Of a DNA stretch of 64,000 nt, positions 11,004 through 21,009 are shown one piece after another (the first letter of the stretch is position 1; every line of letters starts with the position of its first letter). The notes below the pieces were generated by a model. It worked only from the letters and a program-made list of their open reading frames with translations. It had not been told where the DNA came from and searched no databases. The DNA comes from Candidatus Bathyarchaeota archaeon (GTDB lineage: Archaea; Thermoproteota; Bathyarchaeia; TCS64). The translations under genes and the position numbers were made by a program. The stretch covers positions 34,777 through 98,776 of the forward strand of contig CAVYVF010000001.1 of NCBI GenBank assembly GCA_963771885.1. Reading direction: 5' to 3'.

Positions 11004-12860
11004 TCACCTTCTTCTAAAAAGTAGAAGCATCATCACGCTAAGTATGACGCCTATCGCGATGACCTCGGTTGGGTAGCCCGGTACCCCACCACCTCCACCC
11101 GTGCTTTGAGTTTGCAGAGTTATCGATGCGGTGACGCTGCTTCCGGCGGTAACTACCGCTGCTCCCGAATTAGTAACATAACCCGACTTGCTCGCTTCAA
11201 AGGTGTATGAACCAGCAGCAACATTTGTGAAGGTGACGGATCCATCCGTCCCTGAGACGCCGCTCAAGACTGCCTGCCCTGAGGGCGTAGTCTTCGATGA
11301 TACTGTGGAGCCGATTATAGGTTTGCCGTCTTTATCTAGAACGGTGATCTTGACCCCGCCGGTGGTTACCGGGGGTGTTGTAACGGTGAAGGCTGAGGAC
11401 TCGCTTCCCGCGGCGTTATACTGCGCATTCCCAGCCCACGAAGCCTCAACACTCCATAAGCCCACAACGGATGGCGCATAACTGTCAATATACCTACCAT
11501 CGCTCCCGGTTATAGCGGTTCTCGATAGTTCGGTTGTGCCCGACTTATACTCAACCTGTACAGATGCGCCTGCGACAGCGGGCGTGATTGCCCCAGAGAC
11601 AGTGAGTGTATCACCTAGTTGGATGCTAGATTTGTCTGGAGTACATGTGACCAAGCTTGACTGTTTATTTGAAAGTGGATTATCCTCTCCGACGACTACC
11701 CCGGATATCTTACCCGAGTTTTCGGAGGGGACCGTCACCAACTTGAAGTTGATGCTAGATGTAGTGCTACCAGTGGTGACGGAGACACCGGTCTTTTCCT
11801 GTGACTGATAACCGGGTGCTGAAGCCGATACTGTGTAGGTTCCTGTTGGTAGTCCACTCGCAATCTGGTAAATGCCCTCCGAGTCAGTTAGGTCGTGTCC
11901 CGAACCAGCTGAGACACTTGCCCCGACTATGGGATTATTATCAACGTCTAAGACGACACCCGTAATTATTCCAGATAATTGGATGATCACATCAAGTGTT
12001 AGGTTCACATTAGCGGTATCTTGGCCGACTGTAGCCGCTATGTTTGTTTTCTGGTCGAAACTTACGCCTGAGAAGACGGTCACGGTGTAGGTGCCTGTGC
12101 CGAGGCCGCTCTCAATCCTGTAACTTCCATCCGCCTCTGTGGTTGCGAATCCGTTATAGTTTTGGCCTCCGTCTGATACGGCGGATACTATTACCCCTCT
12201 TACTGGCTGGCCGGTTGGAGTTAATACTTTACCCGATATTATTGCGGAGCGATCGAGAGATATGTTGACGTTTTTTGTTTCGACGCCGGCTGTGACGCTC
12301 ACTGCGCCAATTGTCTTTGAATTATGTCCAGAGGCAGAGGTGACAGTGAGGTTATAAACCCCGGTTTCAAGGTTGGAGATTATCTTATAGTTGCCATTCG
12401 AGTCTGTATTTGCGAACCAGCCATAAGTTTCATTGCTGAATGCCGTGATTATGACATCCGCGATTCCAGCCCCTGACACAGAGTCGATGACCTTACCGCT
12501 AATCCCGCCTGAGCGTTTGAGGTTGAAGTTGATGTTTGCAGTGAGAGATCCGACGGTGACGGGAACTCCTCCAATGTTCTGATTAATATAACCTTCAGCA
12601 TATGTGGTGACGTTGTAAGTTCCCGCCGTTAGGCCCTCAGTGATTATGTAGTTGCCATTCGGCAGCGTAAAATTGAATCCGTGCCCATCATCGTTAGTGG
12701 CGATTATGATCGCTCCGGAAACAGGGGAATCGGGGTTCGCGGCCGCGCTGAGAATTGTGGGATACACTATCTGCGACGTTACTCCGAGTATTAATAAGAG
12801 AAAGATTGTATAGGATACTATTCGCTGATTCAAATTATTTTTTTTACTCAAAACTATCAC
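11004..12860 (-). CDS. Cell-surface protein with tandem carboxypeptidase-regulatory-like (Ig) domains and C-terminal sorting signal
   Basis: Signal peptide; repeated G.ISGKV...TD..G.Y.I..L..GTY.VT; C-terminus GGGGGVPGYPTE-TM-RRR. Confidence 0.85.
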   Translation of the reverse strand: MIVLSKKNNLNQRIVSYTIFLLLILGVTSQIVYPTILSAAANPDSPVSGAIIIATNDDGHGFNFTLPNGNYIITEGLTAGTYNVTTYAEGYINQNIGGVPVTVGSLTANINFNLKRSGGISGKVIDSVSGAGIADVIITAFSNETYGWFANTDSNGNYKIISNLETGVYNLTVTSASGHNSKTIGAVSVTAGVETKNVNISLDRSAIISGKVLTPTGQPVRGVIVSAVSDGGQNYNGFATTEADGSYRIESGLGTGTYTVTVFSGVSFDQKTNIAATVGQDTANVNLTLDVIIQLSGIITGVVLDVDNNPIVGASVSAGSGHDLTDSEGIYQIASGLPTGTYTVSASAPGYQSQEKTGVSVTTGSTTSSINFKLVTVPSENSGKISGVVVGEDNPLSNKQSSLVTCTPDKSSIQLGDTLTVSGAITPAVAGASVQVEYKSGTTELSRTAITGSDGRYIDSYAPSVVGLWSVEASWAGNAQYNAAGSESSAFTVTTPPVTTGGVKITVLDKDGKPIIGSTVSSKTTPSGQAVLSGVSGTDGSVTFTNVAAGSYTFEASKSGYVTNSGAAVVTAGSSVTASITLQTQSTGGGGGVPGYPTEVIAIGVILSVMMLLLFRRR

Positions 12861-13063
12861 GAGTAATCTTAGTAAAACATTTTATATGAACTTATAGTTT
12901 CTATCTCATATCATAAGAGCTAGGAATAACTATCCTCTAGCCTTCCTCTTAGCTTTCCCAATCTCTTCATGAGCCGTTCCTTACGCTGTGCGCGATGATA
13001 ATTTTATAGTGATTTTACGCGAAAATTGCGTGTATGACCTCATTCACGTGGGCGACAGATTGA

Positions 13064-13960
13064 ATGGTTTATTGGACGCAGGCATGTAACCCAGTATCAG
13101 ATGGAGAACAACCCTTGGGAATTTCACGTAGACTCAGCGTAGTTCAGAGTGCTCGCCTTGCCCAGTACCTGGAGCGTGAGAACTGCATCAGACAGCGCCT
13201 AAGAAGTCCTGAGGGATACAAACTCAGATTCGACAAACCTTACCTACGGGCAAGCGAGATCGCTGAGCAGTACTACTGCGAGAAAAAGGTGGAGATGACC
13301 AACATCCACGGCCGCGTGGAGACAGAGACTAAGAGACAGGGAAGCGAAGGACACGAGTCACTACTCGCGGAATCCACCATAGTCGACCGCGGTGATGTGC
13401 TCGAGGAGATATTCTACGGCGACCAAGTCATCATTCAGGAGATGCCCCTACTCGCTGAGCACAGTGGCGTACCCCTCGTCGGGCAGCCAGACGCCGTCGC
13501 CTTCAGGGAAGGCAATCCCACCATGGTCCTCGAGGCAAAATTTAGCCACTCACCCCTCCCCTACCGGAGCTACCACGCTCAGGCAAGGGTCTATGGGAGG
13601 ATGCTCGACGGTGCTGGTTTCGACACAAGCGACTTATTCTACGTGATAGCGGTGGCCCCAAGGGATAGGCGGGGCGACGAAACAATTTTCCGTAAAGTCG
13701 TCGATGCTCTTAGGGATAGGGGAGCCTCCGAGGAGAGCTTCGAGGTCGACGGTGTGCACGTCTACGTCTACGAATACAGGCAGACGGAGGCGGTAAAGGA
13801 TCTGGATTGGGCCATTGAGTACTGGACTGGATCAAGAGAAGCGGAGCCCGCGGAAAACGGTGCGAAGTGTAGAAGTTGTGAATATCAAGCGGAATGCATC
13901 AACGCCTCGAACTCCCACGATACGCGTCCACTCAACCCGAAGACTCCATCAAAGGAGTAG
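13064..13960 (+). CDS. Stand-alone Cas4/Exo5-like PD-(D/E)XK nuclease with 4Fe-4S Cys motif
   Basis: ASEIAEQYYCEKK, GQPD, VLEAK, QARVYG, CRSCEYQAEC; true start uncertain. Confidence 0.8.
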   Translation: MVYWTQACNPVSDGEQPLGISRRLSVVQSARLAQYLERENCIRQRLRSPEGYKLRFDKPYLRASEIAEQYYCEKKVEMTNIHGRVETETKRQGSEGHESLLAESTIVDRGDVLEEIFYGDQVIIQEMPLLAEHSGVPLVGQPDAVAFREGNPTMVLEAKFSHSPLPYRSYHAQARVYGRMLDGAGFDTSDLFYVIAVAPRDRRGDETIFRKVVDALRDRGASEESFEVDGVHVYVYEYRQTEAVKDLDWAIEYWTGSREAEPAENGAKCRSCEYQAECINASNSHDTRPLNPKTPSKE

Positions 13961-14073
13961 AGATTATAATTCACCGCGCGGTATACATCTAAAAAGCATG
14001 CATGACTGCTGCGCTCTAGAAGCGATCGAATAAATAAACGAAGCCCCATCATCGTTGTATCTGCTTTCTACGT

Positions 14074-14367
14074 TCAACACCTCGCTCTATGATTTCCAGC
14101 GCCTTCAAGTCTCTGAGCTGTTCTGCCTGTCAGAGTCTCGTTAATTCGCTCGCGAACCAACTGGTATGGCGTATCCTGGGTGAAGATGCCAACCTCTCGT
14201 ATCCTGAGATATGTCCTACCTAGTATCTCCTTATCCTCTCCGACGCTGGCGTAGGAGGACTCTAGCGCAATCTTAATGGTCCCATCCCCCTTAACGCACT
14301 GAGGTAGTGTGTTCTTCCTAAGAGCTAGATCTGTCGTATCCACGGGTTCATCCTCGTCGGAGTTCAA
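14074..14367 (-). CDS. Hypothetical protein
   Basis: 97-aa ORF filling an otherwise empty interval. Confidence 0.45.
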   Translation of the reverse strand: MNSDEDEPVDTTDLALRKNTLPQCVKGDGTIKIALESSYASVGEDKEILGRTYLRIREVGIFTQDTPYQLVRERINETLTGRTAQRLEGAGNHRARC

Positions 14368-14452
14368 TAAAGTAGTAATACAACCTATTCAAGCTTATCC
14401 GTAAACTCGTGCATTCGATTGGAGCGTGCACTTTTCGCATCGTTTACCTTAG

Positions 14453-14848
14453 CTACCAGAGGCCACCCTTCGTCTGCAGCGTGACCGCTCCCTCAAGCGA
14501 GCCGAAGCCTATAGTGCCGAATGTAAAGGTGTAGTGCCCCGGGGAGATGGTAAGCCAACCGCTCCGATACGAAGTCTGTGATCCCTGGGAGGCAGAGTGG
14601 CTCCAAACCGTCACGTTACCAGATACGAGCATCGCCCCCCAAAGGGCGTTTCCATTCGTAACACTCACCTCAATATTGTACCAATCCTGAAGAGGGGGAA
14701 CATCAAACTCAATGGTTTTCGACTCAGCACCGAACTTGAATGAAACAGGTATAGTAGCTACAGTCTTGGGGTAGGTTAGGGCGGCGTACCCTCCAACTAC
14801 TATCAACGCTACTAAGACCAGCACTATAGGGACAGAGACCCTTGGCAT
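14453..14848 (-). CDS. Membrane-anchored hypothetical protein (GOLD-like beta domain)
   Basis: N-terminal TM; PGHYTFTF. Confidence 0.7.
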   Translation of the reverse strand: MPRVSVPIVLVLVALIVVGGYAALTYPKTVATIPVSFKFGAESKTIEFDVPPLQDWYNIEVSVTNGNALWGAMLVSGNVTVWSHSASQGSQTSYRSGWLTISPGHYTFTFGTIGFGSLEGAVTLQTKGGLW

Positions 14849-14918
14849 AGATTATGCCTTCTAGTCATACATTAAAAACAATGTGGAGCCTATGCAATAA
14901 CTCGCACCATGTAGGTAA

Positions 14919-15203
14919 CTAGTTGATTGTTACCGTCCTCGTATACGAGATCAACTTACCCGCATTAGGAGTACCCAGTTCAAGCCAATCCCTCATAAAC
15001 TTGAAGTAATTATCCGAGTGCCCCGGAGCCTCAAAGGCTAGAACAACATTCTCTGCAACGCCGAGGGCGTTTCCCCCAAAAAGCAGAACCAATCCATATT
15101 TCTTCGCCATCTCGGTCCACTTCGGTATGAAGCTCTCCCTCTCCTTGAGTGATAACTGGAGAAACTGCGGAGTAACCATGACGAAGCAGATGTAGTGAAC
15201 CAT
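14919..15203 (-). CDS. Small hypothetical protein (dimeric alpha-beta barrel/GYD-like)
   Basis: 94 aa; AKKYGL..LF.G...GV.E...YTRTV pattern; TATA about 25 bp upstream. Confidence 0.7.
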   Translation of the reverse strand: MVHYICFVMVTPQFLQLSLKERESFIPKWTEMAKKYGLVLLFGGNALGVAENVVLAFEAPGHSDNYFKFMRDWLELGTPNAGKLISYTRTVTIN

Positions 15204-15456
15204 GCCCCCACTAGCTACATAAATAATATAACATTATCGTATGCGTAAACCTGTGAGCCAGACGGCTTCAACGTCAGAATGACAGAATTCGACCATAGGT
15301 CCACCCCGGTAAAAGGTTGAACTCTCGAAACAAGGCCACAAATAGAGGTGGGGGACGTGAGGTCGACCCAAGCGCGCATAATAGTGCTACGCTTGCAATT
15401 CCATGAGAATAAATCCGCATAGAAAGCAGCTTAATACATAGAAACAAAGTGGAAGG

Positions 15457-16806
15457 ATGATATTGAGCTTGAACGAGGCAAGGACTCGTCTGCTAAAAAA
15501 GGGTAAGTCAACTACAGGTCCAGTAGTTTACTGGATGAGTAGAGACCAGCGCGTCGAGGATAACTGGGCTCTTATCTATGCACAGCAAATAGCGCATGGA
15601 ACCAGTCAACAGTTATACATAGTTTTCTGCATTAGCCCAAACTTCCTGAATGCCTCACGGTGGCAATACGAGTTCATGATCGAAGGCTTACGATTAGTTG
15701 AACAACAGTCAGCCGCTCTGCAAATCCCATTTATACTATTAATCGGCGAACCATCAAGGGAAATACCTAAACTCGTTGAATCGATAGGAGCATCAGCGCT
15801 GGTAACAGACTTCGATCCTTTAAGAACGAAAAAAAATTGGAAACAGGGAGTAGTTGAGGAAATCCAGATTCCCATTTATGAGGTCGACTCACATAATATA
15901 GTTCCCTGTTGGGTTGCATCAACGAAACAAGAATACGCGGCCTATACGTTGAGGCCGAAGATAAACAGGCTTCTACATGTTTACCTTGAGGAATTCCCAA
16001 CTCCAAAAAAAATGCCGTATAAGGTGAAGGAGAGGGGTGATGCCTCTAACTGGGATAAGGCTCTTGAACTAATCCCTGAGGACGCCAACAAACCTTCTAC
16101 TTTACAAAAGTCAGGGTCAGAGAACGCGAAGAGAAGCCTACAGAGAATTCATAACCAATAGACTTACCGGCTACTCAGAGGCTCGAAACGATCCTAATTT
16201 GGATGGCCAATCAAGGCTCTCACCATATCTTCACTTCGGACAAATATCCGCCCAGAGGGTCGCATTGGAGGTAAAAGCTAGTTCTTCAGCCATGATCGAT
16301 AAAGATGCGTACCTTGAAGAACTCATCGTTAGGAAGGAGCTCTCAGATAATTTTCTAAATTACAACGATCATTATGACACTTTTCATTGCCTCCCAGCTT
16401 GGTCTAAGAGAACTCTGGACGAGCATAGGTGGGACCGAAGAGAATACACTTATAAATTAGCTGAGTTTGAGCGAGCTGAGACCCACGATGAGTTATGGAA
16501 CGCAGCTCAGAGACAAATGCTCAGAACAGGAACGATGCATGGCTACATGAGGATGTACTGGGCTAAGAAGATCCTTGAGTGGTCAGCTAGTCCAGAAGAA
16601 GCCTTCGAGGCCGCATTAGCCTTAACGATAGATATGAGCTCGACGGAAGGGATCCCAATGGCTACGCAGGCATCGCTTGGAGTCTGGGTGGTCTTCATGA
16701 TAGGGCGTGGGGTGAGAGGCCAATTTTTGGAAAGATAAGGTACATGAGCTATAAGGGATGCAGATCAAAATTTGATGTAGATAGATACATAAGAAAATTT
16801 AGTTAG
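15457..16806 (+). CDS. phr: Class II CPD photolyase (two frameshifts, ~16143 and ~16620)
   Basis: [52 protein letters not shown]; shifted frame gives [21 protein letters not shown] ending at TAG 16806. Confidence 0.92.
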
Positions 16807-16875
16807 CCAATTTTCGGATAATTAAACGCGTTTTTCTGAATTAGGTAGCGCGTACACTAGGTCTCGCGTGTATTA

Positions 16876-17739
16876 TTATACGCGCGCGGCGGGAGCCGTT
16901 ATTGTAAGCAAATCCTCACCTAAGACAACTTCACCAGTGAAGTCCCGCCTGACCTCCACAACCATCCTATCAAGTAGTTCACGGGGCTTCTCCCTAATGT
17001 GGGTGAGGACCAGCTTGGAAACCCGGGCGTAACATGCCAGTTTCCCGACCTCGAGAGAACTCAAGACGTGCTTCGAGATAAGCTTGGTATCGAAGTCGTT
17101 AACCTCCTCCCCAGAATAATAGCATCCCGCCACCATGATATCGGCGCCTCTAGAAAAATCGATAAGTTCTTCGCTGATGACCGCGTCACCCGTGATCACG
17201 GTACTCACTCCACCCTCTGAGACCCGGATTGCATGGCAAGGCCACTCATGCCTACTCAAGCCAAGCCCGTGACCGTGGTTAACATCACACACGTCCACCC
17301 TCCAACCGCCTTTAGAGATAACCTGCCCAGCCACAACATCATGCACCTTAACCATGTCACGTATATCGACCAGCCTCTCCGTGGTTAACGCCGTCTCCTG
17401 AAGCCTATACCAGATATCCCTCTCATGGGCATCCAGTAGACTCTTAACCATCGCAGAGGTACCCGCCGGCCCATAGACGTTTATAACCCTGTTCGTAGCC
17501 AGGTTCCAGCTGCTAAAAAGAAGGTCAGCCAACCCCGAGGTATGATCAAAGTGAAGATGGGTCAAAAATACATCACTGAATTCGGTCACCTTGACACCGG
17601 CTTGAACCAACTGAGTGGAGACACCACGCCCAGCGTCAACAATCAGGTTTCCCGAGTCGAGCCTCACCAAAACTGAAGGCCCCATCCTGTTGGGGTCAGG
17701 TCTAGGCCCACCTGTCCCAAGGAGAGTGATCCTCATCAA
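16876..17739 (-). CDS. MBL-fold metallo-hydrolase (RNase Z/arylsulfatase-like)
   Basis: ITLLGTGGP, THLHFDH, ITGD, LVLTH. Confidence 0.88.
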   Translation of the reverse strand: MMRITLLGTGGPRPDPNRMGPSVLVRLDSGNLIVDAGRGVSTQLVQAGVKVTEFSDVFLTHLHFDHTSGLADLLFSSWNLATNRVINVYGPAGTSAMVKSLLDAHERDIWYRLQETALTTERLVDIRDMVKVHDVVAGQVISKGGWRVDVCDVNHGHGLGLSRHEWPCHAIRVSEGGVSTVITGDAVISEELIDFSRGADIMVAGCYYSGEEVNDFDTKLISKHVLSSLEVGKLACYARVSKLVLTHIREKPRELLDRMVVEVRRDFTGEVVLGEDLLTITAPAARV

Positions 17740-18002
17740 ATACTCCTCGTCGTCCCACCTAATAACTCGCGCATGAATTTCGGTTAGACCCCGCGCGCTC
17801 CTGCGCGTATTCTTACGCTTTGGATAGTCTAATTACAATGACAGAACCATTTTGAGGAACGAACCGACAACGCATACGCGCATATCCAACATCGGGTTTA
17901 ATCATTAGGGTAAACTAGTTGCATTAACTATTTTCTTCGAATCACAAGTCCGAAAGAGTCGCCCCAACTCCTTTTAAATAATTATTAACCATATACCTCA
18001 CA

Positions 18003-18302
18003 CTGTCCCATAACAAGCCTCAGTTCGAGATATGTCTCGAACTATTAACCCAAGTAAAGCTAGGAAACTGCCACAAAAATGCGCTGATGAGGTGTGCCAA
18101 TCTGTCACAACATGAATTTGAGGAACTAGTATCTCCCCTACTATCAAACAATATATTGATACAAATGAGGGGCAGCGAAGCCACGGGGTCCCAGTATCAG
18201 CTCACTTCCCAAGGCGAACATTTCATCGACTTCCTCATCCTCGGACTCAACTATGTAGAACTTGGGGACAACACTGAAAAACCGAAAGTTATGCATGGAT
18301 AG
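18003..18302 (+). CDS. ArnR1-like winged helix-turn-helix protein, probable CTG start
   Basis: In-frame extension LSHNKPQFEICLELLTQVKLG upstream of the called ATG; YQLTSQGEHFI; TTTTAAATA about 25 bp before the CTG. Confidence 0.75.
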   Translation: MSHNKPQFEICLELLTQVKLGNCHKNALMRCANLSQHEFEELVSPLLSNNILIQMRGSEATGSQYQLTSQGEHFIDFLILGLNYVELGDNTEKPKVMHG

Positions 18303-18369
18303 AGGGATATCGAGCTAACTACATCAGCTCAAGAACCTAAGATAGATCTTCTTCACCTATACATCGAAT

Positions 18370-18585
18370 TCAATCAGACTTTAAACCGAGAAGCGCCATC
18401 GTCTTATCGGATAACGCATATCTCTTCCCACAAGAGGTGTTCAGCACCAGAATACCCAGCTTCTTCATATGTTCACGGGTAACCTTGTTCAAAACTTTAC
18501 TGGCAATGATTCCGGAGTACATCTTAAGAAGAGCAGATCGATTAAACTCCACCATGTTTTTGAAGCTATATTCTTCAAAGTCCAT
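18370..18585 (-). CDS. Small hypothetical protein (wHTH-like C-terminus); start uncertain
   Basis: FKNMVEFNRSALLK...KKLGIL...RYALSDK. Confidence 0.55.
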   Translation of the reverse strand: MDFEEYSFKNMVEFNRSALLKMYSGIIASKVLNKVTREHMKKLGILVLNTSCGKRYALSDKTMALLGLKSD

Positions 18586-18945
18586 CTCTCGCAGATAAGT
18601 CCGATCTGAAAACACGGATTCACTCGGTTCCAACCATGCATACCTCCAACACTGATGGATTAGCAACTTGAGTAAGGGGTAGGTTATTTCGCCCCTTAGT
18701 AAATTGATATGAAAAAATCTTATAAAATGTTTATTGATGTGAAATATGTATCCGGAAAACTCAATCAGTATACTGCTCGCTTGCGCGACAGTGACGAAGA
18801 CCGCGGCGACCAGCATCTCTACCACAATCGAGGTGATGGGAAACCGGGAAACACCACCAATGCGTAAAGACCTCTATTTTCACTTCACAAAATAAGGTAA
18901 GAAGCTGACAAGCAGCTCCTAGTGACCCGCGAGTGCGCTTCAGGC

Positions 18946-19938
18946 TTAGAGATTTAGGAGATTACGAGGATTCTTTTGGACCAGGGTTTTTATCGACTCT
19001 GAGCTTATCCCAAGGTCAAGTAGGCAGGCGATAAACTCTCTCATTCCCTCTACGGGTGGGGGTAATGTGTAGACCCCGAGATCTGAAGCGATTAAACAGT
19101 GGTCTTCGCCATATCGTCTAATATGGTCTGCCACGTTCTTGATTGTGAACTTGGGGTAATTTCCAGGGATTGGATCAGAAGCATATTCAAGCTCTACATA
19201 ATAGTCCGTCTTTCTAGTTCCCGTGCTGTGCGTGTAACCCGCAAGGGTATATTCTAAGTATGCACCATACTTGACCATCTCGTCGAGCTGCTCCAGCGTC
19301 GCCAGCTTCGGGATTGTGCTGCTTACAACAACTTTGTTTATTCCATAATCCTTTGCCAGCTCACACAGCCTAACCGATTCCTCCGGTGAAACATGCCCTG
19401 TGATCATGTAGACATCTGGGTTTTCAGCAATAAGCTGCAGCACCTCGTCGATCTCGGGAGTCGGCTTCCCCCCGGGTATCCTTATGCTGCGGCCTAGTTC
19501 CTCCTCCTTGAACTTCGAGAATCTAACATGGCTAGGCATCCATTGACCATCTACATATTGGCCTTCTCTGCTCGTCATCCAATGTGTGCTATGTGTTCCG
19601 AAGGCTACGTACTTAGCACCGTCTCCGTAGTATAGTGCAGTTTTAACGGCGCGTGGGTTCACACCGTTGTAGACGGTATTTAGGTTGATTCCACCGAATG
19701 TCTTGATGCCGTCGACTACTCGGTTGACTATCCAGCTTGTGCCGTTGCTTGATTTGAAGACGTCCATGTAGACTATCGCAGCCATACCAGCCTCTTTTGC
19801 CTGAACCGCGGCCTGAAAGGGGTCGACGCTCCGGGGACTTGATTTTAGATGTGGCCCAGCGTGTACATGGATATCCACCGCGCCTCTAAGCAGCTCGCTG
19901 CTTAACTCGTAGCTTCTACCTTCTGGCAGCACGTTCAT
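18946..19938 (-). CDS. DUF6282-family amidohydrolase-like protein
   Basis: GAVDIHVHAGP, TGHVSP, ASDLG, PVEGMREF. Confidence 0.8.
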   Translation of the reverse strand: MNVLPEGRSYELSSELLRGAVDIHVHAGPHLKSSPRSVDPFQAAVQAKEAGMAAIVYMDVFKSSNGTSWIVNRVVDGIKTFGGINLNTVYNGVNPRAVKTALYYGDGAKYVAFGTHSTHWMTSREGQYVDGQWMPSHVRFSKFKEEELGRSIRIPGGKPTPEIDEVLQLIAENPDVYMITGHVSPEESVRLCELAKDYGINKVVVSSTIPKLATLEQLDEMVKYGAYLEYTLAGYTHSTGTRKTDYYVELEYASDPIPGNYPKFTIKNVADHIRRYGEDHCLIASDLGVYTLPPPVEGMREFIACLLDLGISSESIKTLVQKNPRNLLNL

Positions 19939-20948
19939 CCCTCCAACCCGAGGAGCTTCTCGGGATTGATTTTCGCCATGTTCTTTATCTCACTCTGGGA
20001 AAATCCGAGGTCAAGAAGACACGCCATAAACTCCCTCAGCCCCTCCACGGGCTCTGGCAGGGTATAGACGCCGAAGTCGGTGCATATTATACAGTGCTCT
20101 GATCCTAGGCGTCTTATCTGGTCTGCGGCTTGCCTTACACCGCCGCTGGGTTCACTGCTCATGCCCTCATCTATACTTGCGTACTCTTTCTCCACGTAGT
20201 AGTGGGTCTTTGGGATGGTTGTTGTGTGGGTGTAGGCTGCGAAGGTGTATTCTATGTAGGCGCTTCGAGACATTTCCCTGAGTTGTTCTTCAGTTGCTTC
20301 CTTGGTCACGGCGCTTGAGACCACCATTTTTTCTATTCCGTATTCTCTACCAAGTTCAACGAGTTTCATCGCCTCAGGGACCGATGTGTGACCGGTGATC
20401 AGGTATACGTCGGGGTTAGCTGTGATTAACTCCAATATCTCATCTACGCGCCGGTCTCGGCTGCCATCAATAGGTATTTGGATCGTATTCTTTAGTTCGT
20501 CTTTGAATCCTGGGTAAATTTCGCTGAGTGGTGTGAATCGGCCTTCAATTAATCTGCCCTCCCGCGAGGCCTGGTAATACGTGGAGTGTGCGCCGAAGCT
20601 GACATATTTTGCACCTTCGCCGTAGCTAAGGGCGGTTTTTACGGCTCTTGGGTTGATGCCACCGTAGACGGTGTTTAGGATGATGCCGCCGAAGGTTTTG
20701 AAGTTAGGCACAGCCCTGTTGACGAGCCAAGCCGTTCCATTGCTCATCTCAAAGACATCCATGAAGACTATGGCGCGCATCCCAGCGTCTCTCGCCTGGA
20801 TAGCCGCTTCTACGGGATCTATCCTTCGGGGACTGCTGAAGATATGGGGCCCAGCGTGCACGTGGATATCGATTGCGCCTCTAAGTAGTTCCCTGCTAAG
20901 TGCGAGGGTTCGGCCTTCAGGTAACATAGAGTAAAACTGACTGCCCAC
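19935..20948 (-). CDS. DUF6282-family amidohydrolase-like protein (tandem paralogue)
   Basis: GAIDIHVHAGP, TGHTS, CTDFG, PVEGLREF; collinear with neighbour. Confidence 0.8.
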   Translation of the reverse strand: MGSQFYSMLPEGRTLALSRELLRGAIDIHVHAGPHIFSSPRRIDPVEAAIQARDAGMRAIVFMDVFEMSNGTAWLVNRAVPNFKTFGGIILNTVYGGINPRAVKTALSYGEGAKYVSFGAHSTYYQASREGRLIEGRFTPLSEIYPGFKDELKNTIQIPIDGSRDRRVDEILELITANPDVYLITGHTSVPEAMKLVELGREYGIEKMVVSSAVTKEATEEQLREMSRSAYIEYTFAAYTHTTTIPKTHYYVEKEYASIDEGMSSEPSGGVRQAADQIRRLGSEHCIICTDFGVYTLPEPVEGLREFMACLLDLGFSQSEIKNMAKINPEKLLGLEG

Positions 20949-21009
20949 GGGATAAACCTACTACTTCTTTCTCGTATGAGAAGAGCTCTCCGAGGAAGCG
21001 GGTGTAGCA

